A DNA stretch of 63,059 nucleotides, counting the filler, from Dicyema japonicum (taxonomy: Eukaryota; Animalia; Dicyemida), in assembly GCA_011109175.1 (NCBI GenBank). It is 5 parts of 5 records of this genome, joined end to end, with 100 filler letters (N's around TTAATTAATTAA, not from the genome) between each part and the next. Parts side by side here need not be neighbours in the genome. Positions count along the whole stretch, not along the records: positions 1 to 29,211 come from RDEW01000001.1; 4 more parts are not named here. The stretch is one strand, 5' to 3'. The position numbers were made by a program, and so were the translations under genes. Numbering within the stretch: the stretch's first letter is position 1; the number at the start of each line of letters is the position of its first letter. This document shows, piece by piece, positions 1-12,189 of the stretch. The notes under the pieces were generated by a model. It did no database searches and was not told where the DNA came from. It was given only the letters and a program-made list of their open reading frames with translations.

Positions 1-69
1 AAAAAAAGTTGACAAAATAAATAAAAAGATGACTTTATAACTTTTTATATAAACACATTTTTATCAAAA

Positions 70-444
70 AATATAAAGTTGCATATGTACGATTTATTGG
101 CTGGAGAGCTCAAGCTACTTTATGATGCTCCAGTCAAAGTCATACTTATTGTTTTAACATGTGACGGTATCGTTTCGAAGGCTTATAAATCTCACTTGAG
201 AGCCATCTCAATCGATACGCCAGCTAGAACATACATCCATTCAATTGACCTCAAAAAGAATTCGGAGAGCACGTTGGTGGATTATAAGTATAGGGTTCAC
301 ACGATCGAAGAAGATCTGGTTAAAGTAACTAATCACCTGGAGGAGTTGGCAGTCGAGTTTAATGACGTTCCATGTAACCTGAGTGAGGTAGAAACGGATG
401 GGATCTATGTCAATGACTCCTCTTCTAAGAGGAGAAAGGTTTAG
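70..444 (+). mobile_element. 5'-truncated C-terminal fragment of an RLE-type non-LTR retrotransposon (R4/Dong/NeSL-like)
   Basis: Translation YDLLAGELKLLYDAPVKVILIVLTCDGIVSKAYKSHL...YIHSIDLKK matches the C-terminal region after the PD-(D/E)xK endonuclease; same family as the KYDLLANYVG...VILTWDG segment at 12196-12459. Confidence 0.7.
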
Positions 445-857
445 AATTGAATAGTAATTTTGATTTAATTGTTTCCCGAAAAAAATAAAATTTGTTTTTT
501 TTAATATATTGCTAATAGCATTTTTACAATCAACCAACAACTCAAATTGACTTTATAGACTTTCGGTGCCCCAGTTTTTAAACTTTTTCAAAAGTTATTA
601 AAAATCATCCAAACCCTTTTATTTGCATAGTAAATAATTTTCCATTTTCAAAATCTTTTAAACATCTTGGTCTTTGACTTGCCAAATAACAAAAACTTTA
701 ATTTTTATTGTTCCAGTTGCATTAGATATAGTGATTCTCTCTTTTGATTGCTTCATGCCTATTTTTTATATTAAATTGCTATAGAAAGTAAAGATTAAAA
801 AAAGATTCCAGTTTCATTTATGTTTAGTAATACATCAGGGTCAATTTTTTTCAATAA

Positions 858-932
858 GCCTTCTGGCTGAATGTAACGTCTAATGACATCGGATCTGAAG
901 GTCGTGGGTTCAAATCCGAAAATGGAGTTTTT
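858..932 (+). pseudogene. Solo tRNA-derived element (Arg-TCG-like) with A box, B box and T5 run; homologous to the 56429-57942 array unit
   Basis: GCCTTC-TGGCTGAATG (A-box-like)...GACATCGGATCTGAAGGTCGTG-GGTTCAAATCC (B box, 907-917)...GAG-TTTTT. Stems are imperfect, so not a functional tRNA. Confidence 0.6.
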
Positions 933-934
933 AG

Positions 935-1300
935 CGAAGGTCAATTTTTGTCAAACAGATCCCACCCGTGAGGCGACGAGTCCTTCTGGCACGACACAGT
1001 TGTTAAAAGGGATCTTTCTACCTTTCTCCCTGACCAAACCCTCTAATGAAGATTGCATTATGAAAACTATTCCGCTAAAAAATGAAGTGATGTCCGCGAC
1101 GGTAGGACGTGGGACAAAATTGGAAGAGGGCGGACCTACTTCTCCACCTCTCTTTGGAAGCGGAAGCCTGTAATAAAGTATTGGAAGATGGATTTGGTCG
1201 GTACAAGCAGATGTTCTCCCTTTGGTTTTTTCCTTAGATTAGTTAGTTATGACTGTTTGTGCTGGGTATACAATGGTAAGTCTGGGGTTAATAATAATTT
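935..1300 (+). mobile_element. 3' end of an Ingi/I-like LINE
   Basis: Ends ...TTAGTTAGTTATG...GGGGTTAATAATAAT, resembling the 3' ends and (TAA)n tails at 11570-11700 and 59260-59382. Confidence 0.4.
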
Positions 1301-1394
1301 CTTTCAACTTATCAATCATATTTTGTCTATTCAAATTAATTTCATCTTTTTTTAACTCGCTAATTTAAATTTTATTAAAGAAAGAAAGTAAAGT

Positions 1395-1920
1395 AACGGT
1401 TATATAGAGGTTGCCATGACTGCGTGGCTATTCCCTCTCATGAAAACGAGCGAGATTCGCTCAAATAACCAGCAGCAATTCATCTTGTGTTAATATGTTA
1501 GCTTCTCCATGATGAACTTTTATTTAAAGATTAAATAAAGTAAAGTAACGGTTATATAGAGGTTGCCATGACTGCGTGGCTATTCCCTCTCATGATAACG
1601 AGCGAGATTCGCTCAAATAACCAGCAGCAATTCATCTTGTGTTAAGATGTTAGCTTCTCCATGATGAACTTTTATTTAAAGATTAAATCTTTCTTTAAAT
1701 CTGTATAACATACTAAATTAAGATCATTGATTCCAAGCTTTTCGTCAAATACTTTAGATTTTGAATTGATGATACCTTCAGTAATAAAACCATTGATTGC
1801 ATCCATTCTTGAAATCTATTTACAAGCGAAATATCAAGTTCATAGTTTTCCAGTTTTTCGCTGTTTTTAAGAATTTTTGAAAGTTTCGGAATTCCTAAAT
1901 AAAGGTTCATTTTTATTTCA
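1395..1920 (-). mobile_element. CRE-clade retrotransposon 3' fragment (last ~150 bp present twice)
   Basis: Minus strand reads WLFERISLVIMRGNSHAVMATSI*, the CRE C-terminal motif (cf. WLRQKIEIAILGGNSFAIQAS* in the 33363-36084 copy). Confidence 0.7.
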
Positions 1921-2131
1921 CAGAAATGGATGATTATTTTCTCAGAGAATTAGTAATAAATTTTTATAGTTATTTTAGATTTATTTTTNNNNNNNNNNNN
2001 NNNNNNNNNNNNNNNNNNNNNNNNNNNNNNNNNNNNNNNNNNNNNNNNNNNNNNNNNNNNNNNNNNNNNNNNNNNNNNNNNNNNNNNNNNNNNNNNNNNN
2101 NNNNNNNNNNNNNNNNNNNNNNNNNNNNNNN

Positions 2132-3900
2132 CGAAAAGAACAGGATGAATATATTGCGTCGTACTTCGAGGATATATTAACTGTCCGCGGAGAAATATCT
2201 GATTATACTTGTGGATACGCTACCCAACTCGATAAAGCTATCACAACTGGAGAAATCTCAAATGCAATGGTCAAACTTAAGAATGGTCGCTCCCCTGGAC
2301 CGGATGAGTCAATTCAGAACTTCTCAAATACGGGCCACCTGCACTAACAGACAAACTGGCAGAACTACTCAACTCTATTTTTATAAAAAAAAAGAATATT
2401 CCGCTCTTGGCTCCGGACTATTAATACCAATACAAAAACCCAAAAAGCATGCTGGGCTTGTTGAAAGCTTACGTCCAACAATCCTGATAAACACCTTACG
2501 GAACCTTCTGCCATTAGTTACGCTGAACCAAATCAGAGAACAAGTGGAAAACTATTTATCCTCTAGTATCAGTGGATTCNGCTCTTGGCTCCGGACTATT
2601 AATACCAATACAAAAACCCAAAAAGCATGCTGGGCTTGTTGAAAGCTTACGTCCAACAATCCTGATAAACACCTTACGGAACCTTCTGCCATTAGTTACG
2701 CTGAACCAAATCAGAGAACAAGTGGACAACTATTTATCTTCTAGTATCAGTGGATTCAGGACGGGAAGATGCACTGCAGATGTAGTATCGAGCCACAAGT
2801 GGCGCTTCACTATCAACCAGAGATTTGAAAGTGAAACAACAGTCCTGGGAATAGATTTCTCTTGGGGCTTTGACACGGTCCGTTGTGGTCTACTTCTCAG
2901 GATACTGGAACAATTCTTGGACCCTGATTCTGTCAGTATGATCAGAGAGTTGCTATCTGACACGAACCTCAGAGTGCGGATCAGTAAGACGTTATCCCGT
3001 GAATTTACGTGCAAAGTTAGTACTCCCTAGAAAGATTCCCTCTCGCTTCTGCTATTTGTCATATATCTGGAGGCGTCATTACGAGATCTCGGAAGTTCTA
3101 TGATGGCAACATCGTCGAAGTTGCCTATGCGGACGACGTCAACTTTGTGTCAGAAGACAAATCGGCCCTACTTCGACTCCTTGAAATGCCATCTGCTGAG
3201 CTGAACTGATGGTTCCTTGGAGTGAACACCGCAAAAACTGACATTGAAAATCAGGAGAATGGAAAGCAGATCAAGTAAAACATGGTGAAAAACAAACTTG
3301 GCTCTTTACTTGAAGACAGTCAAGATATTGCCAGAAGAAAGGCCCTCGCTTGGGTAACGATGAACAAGTTGAAGAAAGAGTGGATTGGCAAACGACGATC
3401 CTACACATCACTTCTTTTGAGACTGTATGAAGCTTTTGTCAAGTCGATTCTAATGTACAATTCATCGACCTGAGGAACGTCCAAAACCGAACAACTTGGA
3501 CTAGACTCTTTCCATCGAAGAAAACTTAGATCCCTATTAAGACTAAACTGGCCATCAAAAAGAAAAAAGGAATCGCTCTACAAGAGATGTTGCACGAGTC
3601 TACTGAGTCTCGAAATTGCTGATATGTGCTGGAGGCTATCTGGACATATTTTGCGTATGGACTTGGGCGCTCCAGCAAACATAGCAATGGAGGACTACTT
3701 CATGAGACAGGGAACGTGTTTCGTCAACGCCAGCGTATTACACTACTTGAAACACTTGACGGAGATCTAAACCTCGTGAACAATCGTTTAAGAAGTGGGG
3801 ACGACCTAGACGAGTTGAGGAAACTCTCTTACGATCGAGGAGGTTGGAAGTTGGTTCGGAGGATAGTTTTGAATGCTGCACAAGTAAAATTATAACTATT
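2132..3900 (+). mobile_element. RTE-like APE-type LINE, RT region and 3' end, decayed
   Basis: APGPDE, LIPIQKPKK...LRPTILINTL, SGFRTGRCTAD, LGIDFSWGFDTV, AYADDVNF motifs with stops and frameshifts; close to 40930-42540. Confidence 0.85.
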
Positions 3901-3929
3901 ATGATTTTACGAATGTTGCTTATTATAAT

Positions 3930-4480
3930 AATTTTAAATAGAATAATAATAATGTGTTGTGGTCGAATGGTTACCCCGGAAATCCGTGCTGGTTAAGATT
4001 GAGTCTTGTACTTTTTCCATAACAAGCCTTTCAAAGATCCTTGAGACCGGAGTCAGAATAGATTTTAGGCGGTATGAAGATAGCTTATTTATTGGATTGT
4101 TGGGTTTTCGAATAGGTTGATTAGAGACTTTTTTCATATTTCACAAATTGTATTTGTGTTAATGGAGTGGTTGAATACATAGGCTAATAGTTCCTGGACT
4201 CGATGGCCTAGATGCTTCAGTTCACATGTGGTTATGCTGTCTGGTCCTTTGGCCTCTTAGTTGTTGGCTTTGGATATGGCTCTGCGAATATCCTGGCTAG
4301 TAAATAGATCCAGTCATCGGAGCGTTACGGTTCAATCTTTTTCAGGAATATTTGGTGTTCTTTTGAAAAGTTCTTGTAGGAGATAGACGTATAATATTTT
4401 ATCAGAGTTTCTGGTTTTATGTAGAATTCGACTTTGTCTGGTTTTACGAGGTCAGAAAAGTCAATTTTGCTCCATATAGA
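3930..4480 (-). mobile_element. Ingi/I-like LINE RT fragment
   Basis: LSSYRLKSILTPVSRIFERLV...DFRGNHSTTT corresponds to the SYRPISLL...LERL...GFR..HSTTT RT motif. Confidence 0.6.
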
Positions 4481-4694
4481 AAAATTCCCTCTCANCTAGT
4501 AAATAGATCCAGTCATCGGAGCGTTACGGTTCAATCTTTTTCAGGAATATTTGGTGTTCTTTTGAAAAGTTCTTGTAGGAGATAGACGTATAATATTTTA
4601 TCAGAGGGTCTGGTTTTATGTAGAATTCGACTTTGTCTGGTTTTACGAGGTCAGAAAAGTCAATTTTGCTCCATATAGAAAAATTCCCTCTCAT

Positions 4695-4800
4695 TGGTTG
4701 CAACCAAATTTGGAAAATATAATGTTCTTTCCTAAAAATTCTACAGGAATAAATCAGCCAATGGATTTGGAAATTATTAAAGCATTCAATGTCCACTTAA
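4695..4800 (+). mobile_element. pogo/Tigger transposase fragment
   Basis: Reads PNLENIMFFPKNSTGINQPMDLEIIKAFNVH (pogo DDE motif FLPPNTTS..QPMDQGII). Confidence 0.65.
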
Positions 4801-5593
4801 ATAGATAAAAATTTGGGTATCTTATTGACAATTTAATTTAATTTCGATGCAATTTAATAGTTCATTGTTTAAATAAATTTTGTTTTCGAAATAAATTCAA
4901 ATTTAGTTATTTTCATCTACGAGAAGTTTCCCAATAACTATTTTAAAATTATTGATTAAATTCTGAAATTTGCCATTTTTCAATTTTACGAAAAAAATTA
5001 TGGAACCAAAAATTGCAATTTTTGTACATACTACTGGCGAAAAATGATCATTCCTGCTTGAAAATTAATTGTAAGCACTTTTTTTTATTTTTTACGCCAA
5101 GTGTGTCCCTTGAAAAAAATCTGAGAAACACTGCTCTTAACGAAGGAACGTCGAATTCATTATGGTCCCGATTGTAACTTCTGGTGCAAAATTGAGAATG
5201 TAACTTCAACTATTGATGTAGCTTCTGTATTTTTTGAGTTTTATGATATCTCCGAATGCTTAAGTACTGGAAATCATGCTAAGAATCTCTTTTGAGTTGT
5301 CTGGTCGCATCTTGAGGATACAATATTCAGTTTCTCGAACAAACAAGTGGATTGTACTGAAATTGTTGAGAATAACCAACCATCGAAATAATGATAACTA
5401 CTTTTGTTTGACATTTCTTAACCTAACGAAATGTTGGAATTAAATTTATTTATATTTAATTTTAAAATCAAATTCCAAATTTTAAATAAAATAAATAAAT
5501 TTTCTCATATCGAGTTGAGGAGAGTTAAAATGTTGTTTTCGTGTGTCTTCGACCCTATCTGGTGTCGCCATTTGTCCAGACTTCTAATAATAA

Positions 5594-8500
5594 TAATGGC
5601 GTGGTGTCATGTGGCTCACCAGAAATAATGTCACCCATTCCAAAAAGGAACGAAAAGAGCGAACAGATTCTCCCCACCGTCCGGTGGTCCCCTCAACTCG
5701 TGTGTCTCCGACCCTATCTGGTGTCGCTATTTGTCCAGACTTCTGATTCTTTTATGTGGAGACGTCAAAACCTATCCTGGGCCATGGAGAGATCGGACAA
5801 ATATTCAACTGAATACGAATGGGATCAGGAGGAAAATCTTTGAACTCCGGGCACTCCTCCGCGAAAATGGGGGTGATCTCGCTTTGATACAGGAGTCCAA
5901 GCTATCTCCCTCCATACCAACACCCTCTTTTCTCGGATACACAGTGATCCGTAAAGATCGTCTGGGAGGACGCGGAGGAGCACTACTAACTATTATAAAG
6001 AACGATATATCCTTTATAGATACAACTCAACTAACCTCATAGGTTCTTGGCACCGACAAGACTTTGGAGCAGATTACTGTCAAAATCGAGTTATTCCCGT
6101 TTTTTTAGATCCATTTTAATAATTTATATATTACTTCACAAGGATCGTGTCCGACATCTTGCACCCCTGATTTATCACGCATTTCAACATTGAAAAATCT
6201 ATTGTTATGTGGGAATCTTAATGCACGAAATCCAGTTTGGCTCACTTCCTAATCGTCTGATAACCGTGGAAAACTCATTGCAAAATATCTTCCTGACCCT
6301 AACTCACATGCGAAAACTCCATTGAGGATGACTGATAGCTGCACATCCCCCGACTTAACACTATGCTTACCTTCNGAACGATATATCCTTTATAGATACA
6401 ACTCAACTAACCTCATAGGTTCTTGGCACCGACAAGACTTTGGAGCAGATTACTGTCAAAATCGAGTTATTCCCGTTTTTTAGATCCATTTTAATAATTT
6501 ATATATTACTCCACAAGGATCGTGTCCGACATCTTGCACCCCTGATTTATCACGCATTTCAACATTGAAAAATCTATTGTTATGTGGGAATCTTAATGCA
6601 CGAAATCCAGTTTGGCTCACTTCCCAATTCTCTGATAACCGTGGAAAACTCATTGCAAAATATCTTCCTGACCCTAACTCACATGCGAAAACTCCATTGA
6701 GGATGACTGATAGCTGCACATCCCCCGACTTAACACTATGCTTACCTTCCCTGGCTGGAATCATTTCCTGGAACGTCTTTTACGGCTTCTCCAGTGACCA
6801 CAATCCAATCCTTCTAAAATTGAGAGGTCTTGGACGATACAGGAGACGGCCGGCGGAATCAAAAAGATTGAATGATTACACGAAGGTAGACTGGTCCAAT
6901 TTCAGTAACCTTGTGGATAAATTCTTGGCCCGGAGATTATCCTCTCCAATACGCTCTATTGATGAGGCCCCATAAATTATCAGCGCTGTCATTCAGAAAG
7001 CTGACCATATTTTTATTCCTGTATCGTCATACAAGAAGTTTATTCCTACCCTCAGCTCTTATACAATAAGTCTTATAAAACAAAGAGACCGGTTGAAGAA
7101 GTGCCATCTGATGGACCTGGAGTCGTTGACAGCCTTCAGAAAACTAAATAAAAAGATCTGTCAGAGCATAAAAGAACACAAGGACAAGAGATGGCAGTAT
7201 CTAGTTAATTACCTGGACAGGTAAAGTTCATCCGACATTTCTGGAAAACTCTTAAACAAGTCAAGTCGGAGCTGGATGATGCAGACGGTACCGGAAAGCC
7301 TTCTCCTGAACACTTATGCCACTTACATCCTAACACCCTTATGAAACATACAACCTGTCCATTAACTATAATATTATTCTCAAGATTTGGAAGAATTCTA
7401 CTATTAGACCGATATTGAAGGCTGGGAAACCAGAGACAGAACCTGCCTTCTACAGGCCTATCTCTGTTACCAGGTCAAAAATTATGGAGAAACTTCTATT
7501 ATCAGTCATTATTCCGTATCTTCTACGTCCTATATTTCAACATGGTTTCCTCCACGGTAGGTCCACTGCTACATACTTGGCTACCCTATCGCAGTTCATT
7601 GCCGACGGTTTTAACACCCATCCTCCTTCCTCACAAACGCACAATCTTGGTTTCTATTAACATCAACAAAGCCTTTGACACTGTTTCGAGGAAAATCCTG
7701 GTTGGGAAAATATTTTTTACTAATATTCGTCCGAATGTGAAATTATGGCTGGCCAACTTTTTGTCTGGAAGACGTGGAAGAGTAGTCAGTGGTGATCTCA
7801 GATCTAGATCACGATTACTACCGAACTGGGTACCCCAGGGGTCTCCACTTTACCAATTCTATTTAACTTATTCCTACACGACATACCTAATGTTATAGAC
7901 GAAAATTCCTTCTAATTATCCTAGCAGACGATGTAGTCATTACAATACGGAACCTTTCGATGCAAGTTGCATCCTTTAAGACTCAGGCAAAATTGAACAC
8001 TCTCCACGATTGGATTGTTGGCAATCGACTTACGATTTCTGCAACCAAGTCTATTTGTACCATTTTCATTTCGGACTGTCGTTCTAAAAATGAACCGAGT
8101 ATCTTTATTGGTCCCACTCGGATTCCAGTGACAAGGTCCCCCCTCCCCCCACTGTATTTCGAGTCAAGTACGACAGTTTACTCTATTTTAACTCCCACGC
8201 AAAAGACATGATTATCGGGGGCCTCTAGAATATTAACGTTTTACGCGCCCTTGTCCGAAGGACCCCGAGGCATATGGACTTTTCTGTTTCTACCCTCTAC
8301 TAACAAACAAACGGCCAGTATGCCTCCGTTGCATGGAGATTCGCGCTATCGGAGACAATGGTCCAAGAGTGAACTCAATACACAAGAAAACGATCAGTAT
8401 GCTTTGCCCACGTAATGGATCAACAGTCGAACCATTACTCATGGAAGCTAAGACCCGTAGTCGTGGTTCCGGATTTCTTTGCGTCTGTGAGGAAAATGGA

Positions 8501-8740
8501 AACCCGCTTCGCCTGATCATTTCTATGGCAAGAGAAAACCGATTGGATAGGAAATCCCTTTCCCCGATCGTATTCCTCTGCAAGACTGAGAGAAGGCTCT
8601 TCGGAAAGTAGTGGAGACAACGGAAGATCACAGACGTCGAATGACACAATTGATTGCGGGGAATCGGATCATCTAACTGTTTGACTCTTTTGTCTTTTTT
8701 TCTCGGTGTTCCCGGGGTTATTAAAATAAAAAAATAAATC
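5594..8740 (+). mobile_element. Near full-length decayed Ingi/I-like LINE: degenerate 2A, APE endonuclease, RT, A-rich 3' end
   Basis: LLILLCGDVKTYPGP, QLNTNGI, ALIQESKL, CGNLNA, SDHNPI, FYRPIS, QHGFLHGRST, NKAFDTV, VPQGSP, LADDV; ends GGGGTTATTAAAATAAAAAAAATAAA. Confidence 0.85.
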
Positions 8741-9797
8741 GAGCTGACTGGTTCATGATTGTTAATGTGAGCAGAATAGAAGTAAGGAATATGAAGACAA
8801 CTACTGACGAGAAAGACCAATTTAGTAATTTTGTATATAAACAATAATATATCTAACCACTCTATACTGAAACTTGGTTTGCGCGCATAGTGCTTTATGC
8901 AAAAACAAGTGCTCGTCAGTATAGCTCATCAGATATGCCAATACTATTTGGGTCAGGGCTAGGGTTCATAAGCACACATGTATTCTAAAGTACGAATACT
9001 AGAGCTTAATCAGTCATGGATTTCGACAACTCGTTCTGCAGAGATAAGCTGAGCCAATTATCGTCCTCACGGGGCATTCAAAATGCGGACCAGTTCCATA
9101 TTAAATGAATACCCACATCACATGCGAGACCAAATAGACCCGATTTATTTTCTTTGGGTATATTCCAAGAGTGGAGTTAGATGTACCAGCCAAGGTGGCT
9201 ATGGAAGGCTGCTTTACATCTGATCCCATTTGTTTCCTTGGATGGCAAAGAATCATCTTCTCGGTCGTCATAAAAGATATTCAAAGAATTGAGAAAAACA
9301 GTGAAGACCTCGAAGAGCGACCCTATTGACGTGGNCAGTTCCATTTAAATGAATACCCACATCACATGCGAGACCAAATAGACCCGATTTATTTTCTTTG
9401 GGTATATTCCAAGAGTGGAGTTAGATGTACCAGCCAAGGTGGCTATGGAGGGCTGCTTTACATCTGATCCCATTTGTTTCCTTGGATGGCAAAGAATCAT
9501 CTTCTCGGTCGTCATAAAAGATATTCAAAGAATTGAGAAAAACAGTGAAGACCTCGAAGAGCGACCCTATTGACGTGGAAGAGAGACATAGGAGACTGAC
9601 CATATTGATGTTTCTCGCTTAGTTTTTATAATAAATCTCATGGTGCTCTGCAAATACTACGTTATATTTAAAACAAAGGAATAATTGTTGGGACTTGTAA
9701 TATAACATGAGAAATGTTAGAGACGACGGAAATCAATGTATTAGAGAATTAGTAATTGCCGACTCTATTTTTAACAACTACGGTGGTTTGATTCTAT

Positions 9798-10283
9798 TCA
9801 ATGACATATTGTACCTCCAAGAAGAATATCATTAATTTCACATAGAAAGGGCCGTTTTTTGCCGCAACTTATATCATTCCACCTTCCACAATGATTAGTA
9901 ATGACGGTACAGTCCTCATTCCCATAATTGTTTGGCTCTCCTTTAATCCAATTGGAGTATTTCTATGTTATTTATTGATTTACTAGATCGTCCCCCATAG
10001 AATCAACGAAATTCCCTTCCTCAACGATGTCGTTAACCCCAATGTAAAATGATTTCTTGTACTTCTTCAGAAATGTCTCTACACAATGAAAATCACTCAG
10101 CTCACCAAAAATGTACTTTTGAGTCTCCTTGCTGTCGACGTTGGCCAAATCTCCCCCCATATTTCTACAAAATTTTTTAGCGTTTTTATAGCTTTGGCAC
10201 TGTTTTATGAAAGCGTAACACTTTTCGTTAAAACAGTCTAAATTCATCTCAAACACAACATTTTTCTGAAANCTGAATAACAC
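9798..10283 (-). CDS. C-type lectin domain protein 1 (EPN/WND motifs), 5' part not resolved
   Basis: CFNEKCYAF...AKKFC...GDLA, FYIGVND, WIKGEPNNYGNEDC, WNDISC...PFLCE. GT-AG introns at 10079-10105 (27 nt) and 9963-9983 (21 nt) give an open frame to TGA at 9798. Confidence 0.85.
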
Positions 10284-11569
10284 ATCTATACTCTTGCCTC
10301 TGAAAGAATAATTTCAATTCAAAAAACGATGAGAAGGAATCGACTTTGATAGGTGTTAAAGAACGGTTGGTTTTCCTCAGATTTATGCAGAACGACGTAT
10401 GCATTATCCTAATTAATCACATAAGGACTTAAACTAATAGCTTTACTCACACACGATTACTCTATAATGAAAAGGAATATGTTAAAACAGTTGAGAACGA
10501 TGATGAGACTATAGACTCTATAAGGAATATGTTCATTTTACTGGGAATAGTGCAATATAAACCAAAATAGAGTCAGATAATAAAATACCAGAAGGGTTTA
10601 TGCAACTCTTTTTGAAAGACTCTGCTGTTACCTTTAAGTTTGTAAAGAACACAGTAAAACGAAGCACAAAATTAATAAAACCGACCATACCCTATTTCTA
10701 GAACACCAATTGAAGCAACCCTTATCAAATACTCCGAAACAACACCAAACAAAACTGGATCCTTTTCCACAAACTTACAGGTACACAGCGACAGCTTGAA
10801 TCACACCAAGTTCAACTTGAGAATAAAAAGCGCACAACATCTATGTCACGAGCTCCAATACCCCATTGAAGGTCCATCTTACATGAACTTAAAATTGCCA
10901 AATCGTAACTAATGTGTAGTTCGGAATGTCTTTCAGCGGGGAAGTCCTTAGAGAGATGATCATTGAGAAATTCTTTTCAATAATTAACTCCAGGTTGTTC
11001 AGTTTTTTTCAAATCCTTGAAATCAAGTATAAAAAAGACACTACTTGGGGCTAGTCTCGAAGAAAGCTTATTTTCTACATTCTACCTGACATAGATTCAC
11101 TAGTGATTGTGCAGGTATCAATTATTTTCCAAAGTGTCGTTTAAACAGAAGTGGCCATTTTTTATTTGGACTTTATTTTAGGTTACCAATCTTTCTTAAC
11201 TTTTCTCTATTAAAATAGCAAAAACCATGTTCATGCCTCAAATAATGCAAGTTTCCAAATAAAAAAGGGACAAACCTTAGGTTTAGAGGAGAATCGGGTT
11301 GTAGAAAAATAACCCTAAGAATGAATTTATTGTACCATAATGAACTGAGTAGTAGTAACATTATATTTGAAGGGGAGGCCATGATGTGTACCTCTAGGAG
11401 AAACATCCAAATCATCCTTCACATAGATCGGTCAGTCCCGACATTATAGATAACGTTGTGCTAATTTATGACATTCAAATAGGTGATTTGTTGTCAACAC
11501 GTAGAGGTTGCAAAAGGGACAGAGAACATCGTATGTTGGTAGAGGAAGGTGGTGCCCAGAATTATTTTT

Positions 11570-11700
11570 GTTATTATTATTACCCTCAGGATCACTGGGT
11601 CAAAAAAAAGAAATTAAAGTTCTCATCTAACTAAGTGATCCCAGAGCTGACAAAGGAGACGACGAGTCCGGCGGGGTCGAGAATCCTGAACAGCTCTTTT
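11570..11700 (-). mobile_element. Short 3' end of an Ingi/I-like LINE with (TAA)n tail
   Basis: Nearly identical to 59260-59382; minus strand reads ELFRILDPAGLVVSFVSSGIT* then a 3' UTR and GAGGGTAATAATAATAAC. Confidence 0.6.
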
Positions 11701-11799
11701 CATTGTCATATCATCGGCTACAAAATTTCTGTATGATTGTAGATATTTCGATAGTGTATGGAATAGGTGAGGTGGTGACGTGCTTCTCTTGCACTTATG

Positions 11800-12060
11800 T
11801 CTGCAAAGGAATCAGAAAGTTAATGACCTGAATATCCTAACCTTCAATGTCAGAGGCATGAATAACGTGGTTAAGAAGTAGATTCTATGTTCCGATGTTG
11901 AGAAACACCGGGGTTCTGTCTGCTGCCTGCAGGAGACTAAAATAAAAAAATGGACTCGATGAAACACATAGTCCGAAAAACATTTATTTGCAACTAACTT
12001 GGAATGGTCTAAGAATCGTTCTGGACGAAAATCTTTGAAAGATTTCACGTGGAACAATCT
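11800..12060 (+). mobile_element. APE endonuclease N-terminus of an RTE-like LINE, decayed
   Basis: LNILTFNVRGMNNVVKK*ILCSDVEKHR...CCLQETK motif. Confidence 0.6.
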
Positions 12061-12189
12061 TTAAGTTGGGAGATTAGGTTGTTCACTCTCAATGATTGAT
12101 GGTTGACCAAAATCCTTTAGATTTTGATGAGAAGTGATTTTTCAAAAGTCGATGACAAGTGTTTGCTAAAGCAAGAAAGGCGATAAAAG

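Noticed and set aside
1395-1640. Pseudoknot-like, HDV/hammerhead-looking fold (GAGCGAGATTCGCTC hairpin, CTCATGA core-like motif)
   Set aside because: Catalytic positions are missing (no P3/P1.1, no GAAA), the homologue at 25460-25520 does not keep the pairing, and the minus strand is explained as the CRE C-terminal coding sequence.
2401-2760. Near-identical direct duplications around single n bases (2580, 4495, 6375, 9335, 19005, 39839)
   Set aside because: Typical of overlapping contig ends joined by a scaffolder; copies differ by only a few SNPs.
11585-11645. GGATCACT...AGTGATCC stem (also 59279-59332) as a possible HDV-like ribozyme
   Set aside because: No P3/L3 consensus or P1.1 guanines on either strand; better explained as a LINE 3' UTR hairpin before the (TAA)n tail.
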